Below, piece by piece: positions 27,045 through 36,401 of a DNA stretch of 64,000 bases. Where the stretch lies: positions 8,326 through 72,325 of the IMG/VR virus record IMGVR_UViG_3300048796_000029. One strand, given 5' to 3'. The stretch's first letter is position 1. Every line of letters begins with the position of its first letter. A model generated the notes under the pieces. The model worked only from the letters and a program-made list of their open reading frames with translations, ran no database searches and was not told the DNA's origin. Source of the stretch: a virus (lineage: Duplodnaviria; Caudoviricetes). Both the position numbers and the translations under genes were made by a program.

Positions 27045-29120
27045 ATGCTAACACCAAACAACATGGGAAACGCCCCTGACAATCAGGGGCTAACCTTCGG
27101 GCCTGCCGTTCAGCAGGACACTCACGTCGGCGGCCAGCCTGCCGGTGGGAGTCAACCTTCCGGTGGCGGCCAGCCTGATACCAGTGGCCTGACCTTCGGT
27201 GAAGCTGTCCCGCACGACACTCAGGTATCCCAGCCGGATCAGCCGGGCTTCCTTAGCCGCGCCTACGAGACCAGTGGTCTGAAGGGTATCGTCGATCTCG
27301 GCAAAGCCACGGTGCAGCGTCCTATCGACCTCTACCATCAGGCCGTCGAAGCCGCCCAAAAGGGTGACTGGAAGACTGCCTCGGAAGCGGCCAACCACCT
27401 TCTCTCCATGCCGGTGACAGCCGGACTCGACGACAAGGACAGCCCGCTGCGCAAGGCGGCTACCGCCATCATCATGCAGCCGGTGAATGCCGTCGCGGAT
27501 GAGTTCAAGAACCAGCGCAAGCAGGGACAAGGCAAGGTGCAGGCAGCCGTAAGCACCGCCCAGAACCTCCTCGACCCGGCCACACGGGTCATGAATGCCG
27601 TCCACACGGCGGCTCCACGCGTCAAGGCTGACATCGCCAGTGGCAACTACGCGGGCGCTGCGGGCGATGTCGTCGGCGCGGCGACCGAGAACAACGCTGT
27701 CGGCGCAGTGCCTCTCCTCGGAAGTGCTGTACAACAGGTTGGTGGAAACCTTGACCAAGACCTTCACGCGCACAACTACGGTGCCGTGCTCGGAGACGTG
27801 ACCGGCCCGCTGGCGACAATAGGTGTAGGCAAGCTCCTTGGCGCTCTGGGACTCGGTGGTGAGGAAGCGGGCGCGGCAGGTACGGCGGCGGACACGACGG
27901 GCGTGAAACCCCCTCCAGTGCCCGGCGAAGTCACCCCTAACGCCAACATCCCCGGTGTCGCACCCGGTACGACCAACGTGGCCGGGCAGGAGATTCCTGT
28001 CTCGACCAACAACCCAACTCTGGCAGCCGGTCAGGGCGCAGCCTCTAAAGTGCTCTCCTCGGTAGCGTCAAAGGAAGGCGCAGCCAACTTCGTCAAGAAT
28101 GAGGTAGCGCCAGCGGCGGCCAAGGCCGTACCGAAGGCGTTCACTCAGTCGGCACTCGATGTGGCAGCTAACCTGCGAAACATTCGTGGGGATGCTCCTC
28201 TGACTCCCGGCACCGCGCCGAAGCTCTACTCCATCGACGACATCGCCAAGTACATGAAGCAGGAGGCCAAGGGCACCTACTCCAAACTCGACGAGGCCGC
28301 CAAGTCTGACATTCAGGACTGGGACGACAAGTACGGGGACGCAGCGCCGCAAGACCCGAAGACTATCGAGGGTGAAGGCCCAGAGATACCGGAGCGCCCC
28401 AAGTCTTTCACGCAGCTTCAAGATCGGGTTCGCAATGCCAAGGCTACGGCCAACAGCAAGTTTGCAAGTCAGGTCGATAAGGAGGCGGCGCAAGAGGCTA
28501 TTCCAAAGTATCAGAAAGAGATGGACGACTTCCTCGAAAACCACAGTGATGTGGTCAACGATGGAGAGCTTGAGGCGGCCAATAAGGTTCACGCTCAGGG
28601 TCTTCGGTACGAGTACATAGCGGATCGTTTGCGCGGTGCGTTCCGAGGAACAACAGGCGGAACCACAACGGCGGGGCAGCCAACCACGGTCTCCGTGGGG
28701 CCATTGCAGCGGCTTGAGAGTCAGTTCGATGTCAAGTACCAGCCCGGCGCGTTCAAGAAGCTCCTCGGCCCTGATGGGTACCGGAACTACAACGAAGTCC
28801 TCAACACGATGGCTTCGCCGAAGGTCGGCAGTGCGTTCATGGACTGGCTCAACCAAATCCCTCTGAACCTCGGCAAGGTCGGCACGATCCCGGTATCGAA
28901 GATCGCCGATCATCTCCTGTTCAACCCAGAGGCCGGGCAGGCAGCCATCAAGCTGTTCAAGGCCGGTCAGAAGGCGACGAGCGCAGCAAAGGACGCGGTG
29001 AAAGCCACAGCCCGAGTTGCAGCCCCCGCCGCCACAGCAGCGCCCGCAGTCGGCCCAACTCTCCAACAGCAACAGCAGTCGGTGATGAGTGGCGCAACAC
29101 AGAACCTCAGCGGAAAATAA
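27045..29120 (+). CDS. Putative DNA ejection / internal virion protein
   Basis: 691 aa; N-terminal GLTFGxAV repeat and glycine-zipper segments. Confidence 0.5.
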   Translation: MLTPNNMGNAPDNQGLTFGPAVQQDTHVGGQPAGGSQPSGGGQPDTSGLTFGEAVPHDTQVSQPDQPGFLSRAYETSGLKGIVDLGKATVQRPIDLYHQAVEAAQKGDWKTASEAANHLLSMPVTAGLDDKDSPLRKAATAIIMQPVNAVADEFKNQRKQGQGKVQAAVSTAQNLLDPATRVMNAVHTAAPRVKADIASGNYAGAAGDVVGAATENNAVGAVPLLGSAVQQVGGNLDQDLHAHNYGAVLGDVTGPLATIGVGKLLGALGLGGEEAGAAGTAADTTGVKPPPVPGEVTPNANIPGVAPGTTNVAGQEIPVSTNNPTLAAGQGAASKVLSSVASKEGAANFVKNEVAPAAAKAVPKAFTQSALDVAANLRNIRGDAPLTPGTAPKLYSIDDIAKYMKQEAKGTYSKLDEAAKSDIQDWDDKYGDAAPQDPKTIEGEGPEIPERPKSFTQLQDRVRNAKATANSKFASQVDKEAAQEAIPKYQKEMDDFLENHSDVVNDGELEAANKVHAQGLRYEYIADRLRGAFRGTTGGTTTAGQPTTVSVGPLQRLESQFDVKYQPGAFKKLLGPDGYRNYNEVLNTMASPKVGSAFMDWLNQIPLNLGKVGTIPVSKIADHLLFNPEAGQAAIKLFKAGQKATSAAKDAVKATARVAAPAATAAPAVGPTLQQQQQSVMSGATQNLSGK

Positions 29121-29124
29121 CGTA

Positions 29125-29157
29125 GTGGGCAGCGGGCTTGGATAGCCTGTTGCCCAC
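29125..29157 (+). terminator. Strong hairpin ending the structural operon (weak U-tract)
   Basis: GTGGGCAGCGGGCT/AGCCTGTTGCCCAC stem. Confidence 0.45.
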
Positions 29158-29170
29158 CTATCGTCGTCTG

Positions 29171-29179
29171 TGGTATAAT
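29171..29179 (+). promoter_or_regulatory. Extended -10 promoter element
   Basis: TGG-TATAAT (TGn-TATAAT). Confidence 0.5.
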
Positions 29180-29210
29180 GGGGGAGTATGTTTAAAAAAG
29201 GAGGCTCACA

Positions 29211-29642
29211 ATTTTACGTCAGGATGACTACTTCAAGGGTAAGCTAGTAGATGTGATGCAGTCGCATGGTGCAGTGTACGGGGGTCATCTCGCCGGGTGT
29301 ATGATAGGCTCAATTATAGCCAACCGCGTGCGTAAGGGATGGGGAAACTGGCTAGAGGTTATAGACCGCATCCCGCGCTTTGCTGCCATCAAGGAGATGC
29401 CAGTAGTTATGCCCGAGGTTTGGTCTCCCCTCTTTGTAAAGTTTTTACACGAGGTCGATGCGATCTACGACGGATCGAAAAACTACGCCAGCTTCAAGAC
29501 GCAGGACGGCACACCTGTCGATGCACTTTATTGGTGCGACTCCAGATTCATAGAGACCGACTACTTCCGCGATAAGATAATCGGGCAGCCGGACATACAT
29601 AAACGCATCGGAGACATGAACACATTACTCCTGTATTCTTAG
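29211..29642 (+). CDS. Possible cell-wall hydrolase (remote SleB/Hydrolase_2-like); start codon uncertain
   Basis: IIANRVRKGW...DALYW pattern resembles SleB-like hydrolases; next to a holin-like gene; frame is open from ATT 29211 behind AGGAGG, first GTG/ATG at 29253. Confidence 0.4.
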   Translation: MLRQDDYFKGKLVDVMQSHGAVYGGHLAGCMIGSIIANRVRKGWGNWLEVIDRIPRFAAIKEMPVVMPEVWSPLFVKFLHEVDAIYDGSKNYASFKTQDGTPVDALYWCDSRFIETDYFRDKIIGQPDIHKRIGDMNTLLLYS

Positions 29643-29652
29643 AAAGGGCACC

Positions 29653-29970
29653 ATGCAACTTGTAGACAAGGCCAAGAGTGCCTTCTCCTCCGTCATGGCG
29701 TGGGCCAAGACCATTCCGTCTGAACCGAACGGCAGCGGTAGTTCAAGCCGCGTCATTGCACTCATGACGGCAGCAACACTTATGGGTTTGATGATTGCGT
29801 TCTTTCACGCACGTCACGATCTTCCAACACCGGGCCAGCTTTACGGTATCGCTTCCATCCTCGGCACAGGCATTGGCGCTTACATGGCGAACAAGCTGCA
29901 CAAACACGATGACGGAGACGACGACCAACCTGATCCACCGCAAGGAGGAGCAGATGCTTCCCATCAGTAG
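29653..29970 (+). CDS. Putative holin-like membrane protein (paralog of 16850-17107)
   Basis: SEPNGSGSSSR followed by two hydrophobic helices and a charged tail. Confidence 0.5.
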   Translation: MQLVDKAKSAFSSVMAWAKTIPSEPNGSGSSSRVIALMTAATLMGLMIAFFHARHDLPTPGQLYGIASILGTGIGAYMANKLHKHDDGDDDQPDPPQGGADASHQ

Positions 29971-30427
29971 CTTTCACGATTTCGTGCAGAGTCCTTTTTA
30001 CACCGAAGGCAAGTTCTGGATAGCCGCAGCCGGGCTACTCTGGACCCTCTCGCAAGCATCCAACCGCGTCATGAACTGGTTCAGGGAAGTGAAGGAAGTT
30101 GTCCTGCACAAACTTCAGACCAGCATCGACAAGGTGGGCACCGACCTATCCACACAGACGGTGCAGATGTCCAACAACTCGAAGGATCAACTCGAAGCTA
30201 TATCACGCGGCTTCGAGGGCAATGCCTTTCACATCGTGGAAGGGTTCAAGAACAACACCAATGCAATCGTTGGTGAACTTCGTGAGCAGCGGGCCGACTT
30301 GCGTATGCTGTACATGCAACCTCTCGTAGCCGCCAACGCGAAGGCCCGGCGCAAGCCTGCCAAGCTCGTAGCCAACTCCAAGCCCAAGAAGAAACCGCCA
30401 ATCAAGAAGACTGCCGCCAAGCGGTAG
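29954..30427 (+). CDS. Membrane-anchored coiled-coil protein (lysis region)
   Basis: AGGAG RBS, one TM segment (FWIAAAGLLWTL), basic C-terminus. Confidence 0.5.
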   Translation: MLPISSFHDFVQSPFYTEGKFWIAAAGLLWTLSQASNRVMNWFREVKEVVLHKLQTSIDKVGTDLSTQTVQMSNNSKDQLEAISRGFEGNAFHIVEGFKNNTNAIVGELREQRADLRMLYMQPLVAANAKARRKPAKLVANSKPKKKPPIKKTAAKR

Positions 30428-30457
30428 TTGACAGGAAACCACAACCTGTGGTATACT
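30428..30457 (+). promoter_or_regulatory. Sigma70-type promoter
   Basis: TTGACA-18 nt-TATACT with TG extension. Confidence 0.6.
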
Positions 30458-30495
30458 GTTTTTGAAGTAACAGTACGGATCGTACATGGAGGAAG

Positions 30496-31836
30496 ATGGG
30501 AAGCAAACAAGGCATCAAGCGCAATCTTTTGATTGCCGATCTTCAGGCAGTAGCAGCAAAGAACCCTAAGGTGATTGTCACGCGGAATTTCTACCGCAGC
30601 CGTGGCAAGTACCCAGAGGCATCGTGGCAGGCTCACTTCGCCACGTTCAGGGAGTTCGCGCAAGCGGCAGACATCAACGTCATTCCTAAACCAGACCTTA
30701 TCCACAAACCTACTGAAATCAATGAAGTAGAGGGAGACGTGTGGACAGTAACTCTGCCTAAAACACGCATTCATACGCTTCCTGAACTCCTCGAACATTG
30801 TAAAGCCGACTTGACTGCGTGGCAGATTGAGAGATTCACCGCAAAGGCGTGGGAGATGGGCTACAAGGATGCCGATGGTAAGGGAGATCATTACCCTCTC
30901 TATGCGGTATCAGCCACATTCAAGCGTAGAGTAGAGGTCGTAGAAGCAATCGCTGAGTTGGCACGTTTGAAGGCCGATGCTAAGGCTGCGGCTCATACAC
31001 CCAAGGCTGTAATTCGCCGGTTAGTAAAGTCTGGTAAGTTACTTGAAGTCTCTCTGTTCGATGCTCACTTTGGAAAGATGGCGTGGCCCAAAGAGACAGG
31101 TGGTATACCTTACGACACCACCATTGCAGAGCACATGTACCTTCGTGCTCTGGACGCACTGATCGAGCGCAGCAAGGGATTTGAATACGAAGGTATTGTT
31201 TTTCCTATCGGAAACGATCTCTTGAACGCCGATGACCTTGAAGGGAGAACCACGGCAGGCACGTTTGTCAGCAGTGATGGTAGGTTCTATAAAACCTTCA
31301 CGACCGTGCGTCGAGTCATTACTGAGAGCATCGAGCGACTCCGAAAGTTAGCCCCTGTCAAAGTCATCGTTGTGCAAGGCAACCATGATCGTGTCAGCAG
31401 TTGGTGTCTTGGAGATTCATTGGAGTGCTGGTTTCATAACTACTCAGATGTAGAGATAGATAACAACCCAACTACCCGCAAGTATCATCAGTATGGGCAG
31501 AACATGCTCATGTTTTGCCACGGTGATAAGGGCAACCGTAATGGGTACCCGCTTCTGATGGCTACCGAGAAGCCTGAAATGTTTGGAGCTACCAAGTTCC
31601 GTGAAGCACACACAGGGCACCTTCACAAGACCAAGCTGGATGAGCAGAACGGTGTTCGTGTTCGTATATTACCTAGCCTTAGCCCAGCCGACTCATGGCA
31701 CTCCGAGAACGGGTTTGTTGGCAACCAGCGCAATGCGGAAGCGTATGTCTGGGATAGAGAAGAAGGGTTAGTGGCGCAATTCTACTATAACGACGATGCC
31801 CAGCCGGAGATTGTAACAAAGCGGACGGTGGTGTGA
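30496..31836 (+). CDS. Calcineurin-like metallophosphoesterase
   Basis: DAHFGK, GND, GNHD, HGD and GHLH motifs. Confidence 0.8.
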   Translation: MGSKQGIKRNLLIADLQAVAAKNPKVIVTRNFYRSRGKYPEASWQAHFATFREFAQAADINVIPKPDLIHKPTEINEVEGDVWTVTLPKTRIHTLPELLEHCKADLTAWQIERFTAKAWEMGYKDADGKGDHYPLYAVSATFKRRVEVVEAIAELARLKADAKAAAHTPKAVIRRLVKSGKLLEVSLFDAHFGKMAWPKETGGIPYDTTIAEHMYLRALDALIERSKGFEYEGIVFPIGNDLLNADDLEGRTTAGTFVSSDGRFYKTFTTVRRVITESIERLRKLAPVKVIVVQGNHDRVSSWCLGDSLECWFHNYSDVEIDNNPTTRKYHQYGQNMLMFCHGDKGNRNGYPLLMATEKPEMFGATKFREAHTGHLHKTKLDEQNGVRVRILPSLSPADSWHSENGFVGNQRNAEAYVWDREEGLVAQFYYNDDAQPEIVTKRTVV

Positions 31837-32288
31837 AAAAGGGAACATTCAAGTCCCACTGTATCCACGGGCATGTACGGACTGCGGATACAGTGGACAA
31901 GAAAAACGGTTGCTGCATAACTTGCCGCGCATTACGTACTAAGAAGTGGAACCAATCGGAGCGTGGGCGAAAGATTCATGCGGAGTATAACAAAGGCTGG
32001 GCACAACGCAATCCAGAAAAGATACTCAACATAAACCTGAAGCGCATGTACGGTGTAACACTTACCGAGTATAACTACATTCTGGAGGAGCAAGGCGGAT
32101 GCTGCGCCATTTGCAAGCGTGAGCTAACCGCCAGAGCGCAAGGCGGCCCCGGCAGGCCGGTTGTAGACCATAGGCACCATGATTCAAAGGTGCGAGGTAT
32201 TCTTTGCTCAAACTGTAACTGTGGAATTGGATTTCTCCAAGACGATCCTATAATTCTGGAGAAAGCAGCCGAGTACCTCAAGAAGTAA
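31833..32288 (+). CDS. Endonuclease VII-like homing endonuclease
   Basis: QGGCCAICK..VVDHRH..KVRGILCSNCNCGIG. Confidence 0.85.
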   Translation: MKKGTFKSHCIHGHVRTADTVDKKNGCCITCRALRTKKWNQSERGRKIHAEYNKGWAQRNPEKILNINLKRMYGVTLTEYNYILEEQGGCCAICKRELTARAQGGPGRPVVDHRHHDSKVRGILCSNCNCGIGFLQDDPIILEKAAEYLKK

Positions 32289-32750
32289 ATGTCAGGGAGA
32301 GACATGGCTGAAGAAACAGGCTTAGTGATCGTACCGCGATCAAAAGCAGGCACCACCAATCCAAAAGACCTCGTAGGCAACACCAAGGTCTCGCTCACAA
32401 AACTACCCGCTGTTGCGGTCGCGCATGGCGCTATGGCTATGATGGATGGTGCTACAAAGTATGGAGCATTCAACTGGCGCGACAAGGCCGTTGTCTCCAG
32501 CATCTATGTTGACGCCGCGATGCGGCATCTCCAATGCTGGTTCGAGGGACAGGAAGTCGCCAGCGACAGCAAGGTGCATCATCTCGGTCACGCAATAGCA
32601 TGTTGCGCGATTCTGCTAGACGCGCAAGCAAAAGGCAAGCTCGTGGACGACCGACCGAAAGACGAAGCCGACCTCGACTTCATGGAGAAGCAACTCGAAG
32701 CCCTAAGCACAATCATCAAAGCGAAGCGGGCGGCAAAGGCGGGAGCATGA
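32289..32750 (+). CDS. dATP/dGTP diphosphohydrolase (DUF5664-like)
   Basis: GATKYGAFNWR...AAMRHL..W..GQE...DS..HHLGHA..C. Confidence 0.8.
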   Translation: MSGRDMAEETGLVIVPRSKAGTTNPKDLVGNTKVSLTKLPAVAVAHGAMAMMDGATKYGAFNWRDKAVVSSIYVDAAMRHLQCWFEGQEVASDSKVHHLGHAIACCAILLDAQAKGKLVDDRPKDEADLDFMEKQLEALSTIIKAKRAAKAGA

Positions 32751-32944
32751 GCACAGTCGCGCGTAAACACATCATCGCCGCAATAGAAGTTGCGGGCACC
32801 CTCCTGTCCTATCCGAAGTATGCGATCCAAGCCAGCTACTATCAGGGCAAGGATCGTCGCATCGGTGAGTTCGGGTGGACAATCAGTGTAGTACCGGAGA
32901 AGAAACCAGTTGCCGCGAGACGCAAGCGGAAAGTTCGTCCGTAA
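32747..32944 (+). CDS. Small hypothetical protein
   Basis: ATGA coupling to the upstream gene. Confidence 0.45.
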   Translation: MSTVARKHIIAAIEVAGTLLSYPKYAIQASYYQGKDRRIGEFGWTISVVPEKKPVAARRKRKVRP

Positions 32945-33275
32945 GGACGGTCAACAGTTTGGGACGTACGTCGATGAGAAAGGCTACCCGCGCATCAGCG
33001 CAGGCCCGTTCACTGGCGTACGAGTCCATACGCTCGTCGCACAAGCTATGCTCAAGCGCGACCTCCTGCCAACAGAGGACGTAAACCATAAGAATCAGAA
33101 CAAGCTCGACTGCCACTGGACAAACCTTGAAGTCATAGACCACACGGCCCACGGCTATGTGAGTGCGGCGCAGGCCCAATACATGCGGCGGAAGGAAGAG
33201 TACGAGCGCCAACAGTTTGAGGAACACGAAGCAGAAGCCGTGTCGTTCGATCCGGCCAAGCTAGGAGACGCATGA
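32910..33275 (+). CDS. HNH endonuclease (HNH_3-like)
   Basis: GYPRI...VHTLVA...EDVNHKNQNKLDCHWTNLE. Confidence 0.75.
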   Translation: MPRDASGKFVRKDGQQFGTYVDEKGYPRISAGPFTGVRVHTLVAQAMLKRDLLPTEDVNHKNQNKLDCHWTNLEVIDHTAHGYVSAAQAQYMRRKEEYERQQFEEHEAEAVSFDPAKLGDA

Positions 33276-33601
33276 ATCGTCGCACCAAGATAACCTTCCC
33301 TGTGTTCGGGTACACTATGGTTGTGGTCTTAGCCAAGAACCTAATGCGAACAGGAAAGCGCCTCAAAGTTGATCTATCAGATGCCAGAGCAGCTTTCGTC
33401 ACTGATCCGACGCAGCCAAAGAAAGGTTGGATCATATTCGGCGAGGAGCCGGATGAGAACACCGTAGCTCATGAGGCTTCTCATGCCGTCCGCACAATGT
33501 TGCGCACGGCTGGGGCACGGTGTGACGACGAGGTATTCGCTTACCATCTGGATCATCTTGTACTGCGCATCCACAAGTTTTTGAAGAGAGGTAGCAAATG
33601 A
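33272..33601 (+). CDS. Hypothetical protein with HExxH motif
   Basis: TVAHEASHAV...DEVFAY suggests a zincin-like fold. Confidence 0.55.
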   Translation: MNRRTKITFPVFGYTMVVVLAKNLMRTGKRLKVDLSDARAAFVTDPTQPKKGWIIFGEEPDENTVAHEASHAVRTMLRTAGARCDDEVFAYHLDHLVLRIHKFLKRGSK

Positions 33602-33807
33602 AAGCCAAAGTACGAAGTCTGTTCAAACTGCCGTTCGTCATCGAATCAACTTCGGTGCAACCCGTGGCTCATCCCGAGAGCCGCTTCAACCCGCAGAACG
33701 ACGTGGAGAGCCGCTTCAACCCTGAACCCGATCTACAGAGCCGATTCAATCCAACTGGCAAGCCGGACTGCAATGCCCTGCAAGAAGCCTTCGATGCCAA
33801 AGGTTGA
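33598..33807 (+). CDS. Small protein with three SRFNP repeats
   Basis: HPESRFNP-QNDVESRFNP-EPDLQSRFNP. Confidence 0.55.
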   Translation: MKAKVRSLFKLPFVIESTSVQPVAHPESRFNPQNDVESRFNPEPDLQSRFNPTGKPDCNALQEAFDAKG

Positions 33808-33877
33808 CAAGTACGTTCTCATCATCGCCGCCGCCCTCGTCTTGCTCGTCAAGATGGGGGTGTCAATTTCGTTCTAG
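33794..33877 (+). CDS. 27-aa single-TM micropeptide
   Basis: MPKVDKYVLIIAAALVLLVKMGVSISF; no clear RBS. Confidence 0.3.
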   Translation: MPKVDKYVLIIAAALVLLVKMGVSISF

Positions 33878-33917
33878 GATGGAACTAAAGTGGTAGTAAA
33901 CTTTTAGGAGGGTAATT

Positions 33918-34736
33918 ATGAGTACCGTAACTACACCAGTAACCACGCTGGCTGCTGCATCTGGGTTGGACACATTGCGGACAGAGATAACCAAGGTACA
34001 ATCCACGGTGAAGACCGATGCGAACAAGGCAGAGTCGTGGCTAAAGGTTCACGAGCGCATTATCTTGGCCCTGATAATTAGCTTGGCCCTGTTACTCGGC
34101 AGCTTCAAGTACCTCGGCGTCGTCGCCGACCGAGACAAACAGCAGGCCAACATCGCCGCCCAGACACTCGCAGTGCAGCACGACAAGGACGTGGCGCTGG
34201 CACAGCAGGCCCAGCAGGACGCTACTAGCTACAAGGCAACTGTTGCGGCGTTGTCTCAGCAGAATGCCCAGCTTGTTGCGGCCAGCGCCAGCCGCACTAT
34301 CGTCCTCCAGCAGCAGCAGGCAACCGACAAGACTTTGCCGATGCCCAATCTCGGCAATCGTTGGGCCTCGCTCATCGGCGCACAGCCCGGCGATCTGACC
34401 GCGACCACCGCAGGCATCACAGTGACGCCGCAGGCCGCGCTGGACACCACTCTCTCGCTCGAACAGGTGCCTGTGTTGAAGGCGAATCTCGCCGACGCGC
34501 AGACACAAATCACCAACGGCCAAGCAGAACTAGCGAAGGCAAACACCGTGATTACGGATCAGGCCCAGCAGATCGACGGACTGGGAACCGAACTCACGGA
34601 TCAGAAGACAGCGGACGCGAAAGAACTGACTGCGGTGAAAGCACAAGCCCGCAAGGGTAAGCTCCACGCGTTCCTGTATGGACTAGGAGTGGGAGCAGGA
34701 GCCGTAACTGGTCTCGTTGTTCACGCTCTGTTGTAA
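33918..34736 (+). CDS. Coiled-coil protein with N- and C-terminal hydrophobic segments (spanin-like candidate)
   Basis: TM IILALIISLALLLGSF, long Ala/Gln coiled coil, C-terminal AFLYGLGVGAGAVTGLVV. Confidence 0.45.
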   Translation: MSTVTTPVTTLAAASGLDTLRTEITKVQSTVKTDANKAESWLKVHERIILALIISLALLLGSFKYLGVVADRDKQQANIAAQTLAVQHDKDVALAQQAQQDATSYKATVAALSQQNAQLVAASASRTIVLQQQQATDKTLPMPNLGNRWASLIGAQPGDLTATTAGITVTPQAALDTTLSLEQVPVLKANLADAQTQITNGQAELAKANTVITDQAQQIDGLGTELTDQKTADAKELTAVKAQARKGKLHAFLYGLGVGAGAVTGLVVHALL

Positions 34737-34754
34737 GAAAAGAGGCGCACTAAA

Positions 34755-36401
34755 ATGCCCGTAGAAATGGGAGCATTTGCATTTCGCATCATGGAACAGA
34801 AGTATTCCAAAACCAAAACAGACGGAACCAAAGAGACGTGGGAAGAGATAGCTTACCGCGTGGCTAGTAACGTACTCAAGACTATCAATGCCTCAGAAGA
34901 ACAGATACGTCGTACTGCACAACTCATCGCAGAGCGCAAGTTCATCCCCGGTGGGCGATACCTTTACGCATCGGGTAATGACTTTCATCAGGTGAACAAC
35001 TGCCTACTCTGTATTGCAGAGGATAGCCGCGAAGGATGGGGCGATCTGGTCAACAAGGCTATGACCGGATTGATGTCGGGTGCAGGTCTAGGTGTAGAGT
35101 ATAGTAAACTGCGCGAAGAAGGTGCCCCTATCCGAAGAACAGGTGGTGTATCCAGCGGGCCTATTGCTCTTATGAACGCTGTGAACGAGCTAGGACGCGC
35201 ATCTAAACAAGGCGGAGATCGCCGCGCAGCGATATGGGCTGGTCTAAACTGGAAGCATAAGGACATCTTCAAGTTCATCCATCTGAAGGATTGGTCGCCA
35301 GAGGTTCGAGCACTAAAAGCTAAGGACTTCAACTTCCCAGCTACGATGGACGGGACTAACATCTCTGTCGGACTCGACACAGAGTTCTTCATCGCCTACG
35401 ACAACAAATTCCACGCGCTCCACGACCACGCTCATGAGGTTTATTGGGACGCCGTAAAGCAGATGCTCAAGACCGGAGAGCCGGGCTTTGCTATCGACGC
35501 TAATGAGAACGAGGGAGAGGTAGGCCGTAACGCTTGTACAGAGTTGACTACCCGCGATGACTCCGACATCTGCAACCTCGGCTCGATCAACATGGCCCAG
35601 ATTACCTCTCTGGAGGAGATGCGCGAGGTAGTGAGACTGGCGACCGAGTTCTTGGTAGCTGGGACGCTCTACAGCGATCTGCCGTACGCGAAGGTAGGCG
35701 AGGTAAGGGAGAAGAACAGACGGCTCGGCCTTGGCCTCATGGGGCTTCACGAATGGCTACTCAAGCATGGATATAAATACGGGCCATGCTTCGAGCTTGC
35801 CGACTACATGGAGGTCTACGCAACCAGTGGGTTTTACGCCAACTTGTTGTGTGACAAACTAGGCATCAGTCGCCCGGTCAAGACGCGGGCCATCGCACCG
35901 ACAGGAAGTATTGCTATTCTGGCGGAGACCACTTCGGGGCTGGAACCAATGTTCTGCGTGGCCTACAAGCGCCGCTACCTGAAGGGGGCTACTTGGGCCT
36001 ATCAGTATGTGGTCGATCCCGTGGCAAAACGTCTGATCGACTCTGGGGTTGACCCAGACCTGATCGAGGATTGCTACGACCTAGCAGCGGAGCCAGAGCG
36101 ACGTGTAGAGTTTCAGGTGTGGCTTCAGCAGTATGTTGACCATTCCATAAGCTCGACCTTGAACCTGCCAGAGTGGGGCAGCGAATTGAACAATGTGGAA
36201 GGAGTTCATCAGTTCGGCACCATGCTGATGCGGCACCTTCCCAAGCTGCGTGGCATGACAGTCTACCCAGACGGTGCGCGTAGCGGGCAGCCCCTTACAA
36301 AGGTGAAGCTGACCACAGCACTCAAACACGGCGACGAGGTATACTTCGAGACCGGAGACGTGTGCGACATAACTCATTCAGGAGGAACTTGCGGCTCATA
36401 A
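34755..36401 (+). CDS. nrdJ: Ribonucleotide reductase, class II (adenosylcobalamin-dependent) type
   Basis: FIPGGR, NNC, NACTE, CNLGSIN, RRLGLG, TRAIAPTG, VDHSISSTLNLP; no small subunit gene nearby. Confidence 0.8.
   Translation: MPVEMGAFAFRIMEQKYSKTKTDGTKETWEEIAYRVASNVLKTINASEEQIRRTAQLIAERKFIPGGRYLYASGNDFHQVNNCLLCIAEDSREGWGDLVNKAMTGLMSGAGLGVEYSKLREEGAPIRRTGGVSSGPIALMNAVNELGRASKQGGDRRAAIWAGLNWKHKDIFKFIHLKDWSPEVRALKAKDFNFPATMDGTNISVGLDTEFFIAYDNKFHALHDHAHEVYWDAVKQMLKTGEPGFAIDANENEGEVGRNACTELTTRDDSDICNLGSINMAQITSLEEMREVVRLATEFLVAGTLYSDLPYAKVGEVREKNRRLGLGLMGLHEWLLKHGYKYGPCFELADYMEVYATSGFYANLLCDKLGISRPVKTRAIAPTGSIAILAETTSGLEPMFCVAYKRRYLKGATWAYQYVVDPVAKRLIDSGVDPDLIEDCYDLAAEPERRVEFQVWLQQYVDHSISSTLNLPEWGSELNNVEGVHQFGTMLMRHLPKLRGMTVYPDGARSGQPLTKVKLTTALKHGDEVYFETGDVCDITHSGGTCGS

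Noticed and set aside
24509-29120. Tape measure protein
   Set aside because: No tail tube, sheath or chaperone context; three consecutive Ala/Gly-rich genes fit podovirus ejection proteins better.
29188-29215. Programmed -1 frameshift at ATG TTT AAA AAA G into the 29211 ORF
   Set aside because: The heptamer is not in the canonical X XXY YYZ phase, and an RBS with an alternative start is simpler.
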